Below are positions 62,641-64,000 of a stretch of 64,000 bases of DNA, piece by piece. The DNA lies in the NCBI GenBank assembly GCA_964016885.1, contig OZ024749.1, positions 44,020,001-44,084,000 on the forward strand, written 5' to 3'. The stretch comes from Eledone cirrhosa (taxonomy: Eukaryota). Numbering within the stretch: the stretch's first letter is position 1; each line of letters starts with the position of its first letter. The translations under genes and the position numbers were made by a program. The notes below the pieces were generated by a model. The model was given only the letters and a program-made list of their open reading frames with translations. It searched no databases and was not told the DNA's origin.

Positions 62641-64000
62641 AAATTTGAATGAGAGATCTAAGGTAAAAGACTGAGCTTGATTTATACACAAAGAATTAGT
62701 TACTCAAGAGAAATTTGTAGGTAACAAGGTCCGACTCAGATTAGGTGGTGTAAGTAAAATTATCTTCACTCTTGCCATTATTTAAATCTAAGAGAAAAAG
62801 GAAAGGAGCTGATCATCAGATTGGACCAAGGAAACAATGCTTCCATTGGTCTTTCCCATTGCTGATACTATTTGCTAGTCCTAGCTCCTGGCAATAGAAA
62901 GGAAAGAAACGTATAGGGCTGAAACTCTATACCACAAAGCATGTTGTCCGACGCTTTACCGACACACTGCCCACAAAATATTGGCTTCTGATTTAGACAC
63001 AAGGCCAACAATTTTGGGTGAGGGGGAAAGTTGATTAAATCAACCCAGTGCATTACTGGTACTTTATTTTATCTAACCTGTAAAGATGAAATACAAAGCT
63101 AACCTCAGCTGGATTTCAATTCAGAACGCGTAGGGCTGAAACTCGATACCTTAATGCGTGTTGTCCGACGATCTGCCAATCCTCCGTCCCAATAAAAGAT
63201 TATTTGTCTTTACGTGATTCCATATTATTGAAATTTCATAGTTGTACTTTTTAAATAATATTTTAATAACTATTTACTTTTTAAATATCTTACAGAGAAC
63301 AAGGATACTTTAAAACAGTAGAATAACTTAACAAATATGTTTTAAATATATACATAAATAACATTACAAATGCTTAGATAACATTATAAATTGTTCGCGA
63401 TTCTTTCAGAAGGATATATTCCTTTAATGTTGCAATATTAAATACAGCAGCGTCGCGAGGAGTACTGGGCAACCTCTCTAATGATTTTTTAGGCAAGCCA
63501 GCACACTCGCAGCATTGCCTCTATTTTTAATAGAATATATCAAAGATATATATTTTCGAACTATATATTTTTTCTGTTTTTCAAAATATTCCTTAAGATA
63601 TTTTGTTAGTAGTAATATTGTGGGTTTGATATTCATATAATCGTTTTCTCTGATAGTTGCACTTGTTTAGAGCAATTACAGCGTAAAAAAAATCAGTTTA
63701 GCCGTTTAAAACAACACACACAAAAAAACTGTTAACTTTACTCTTTATTCATCATTAATTTCCTGATATCAAAATTTTCGTCGCCCTGTCTACGAACTGG
63801 TTACTGACACGTGTAATTGATTATTGAAATTGTTTTTTGTGAGAATGTTTAGCATTTTAATGTTATCGATAGATTGTTTGTTTGTTTTAATTTTGCAGAA
63901 TTGTTTCCCTTTTATTTTAATTTTGCAGAATTATTTCCCCTTTTAAATTTTTTTGCAGGCTACTTTTACCCCTAATATATACTATAAAATATACACAGAC

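Overview
AT-rich, microsatellite- and repeat-dense animal genomic DNA. The SINE and MITE repertoire and the (TA)n/(ATC)n load suggest a cephalopod such as Octopus; this is an inference. Six protein-coding genes are supported by splice-consistent reading. They are the first coding exon of a GPR158/179-like extracellular-domain protein (minus), PYROXD1 (14 coding exons), an intronless SARAF/TMEM66, MRPS15 (7 exons), SERP1/RAMP4 (3 exons) and an FHA-less aprataxin (6 exons). There is also a divergent pair of identical tRNA-Gly(TCC) genes. Introns and spacers carry decayed RTE and CR1-type LINEs, tRNA-derived SINEs, a mariner remnant and several MITE families. The most interesting hidden structure is a set of short elements, mostly abutting (TA)n tracts, that fold into type I hammerhead ribozymes. 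Two are nearly complete (7946-7997 and 8201-8251) and share a U-U pair at the base of stem II; one sits inside a perfect 127-bp palindrome. Other signals are a tRNA-cloverleaf-headed element inside an inverted repeat, a possible HDV-like ribozyme remnant at the 5' end of an RTE LINE, and an unexplained GC-rich multi-hairpin island next to the tRNA genes. All folds and gene identities were read by eye; no searches were run.
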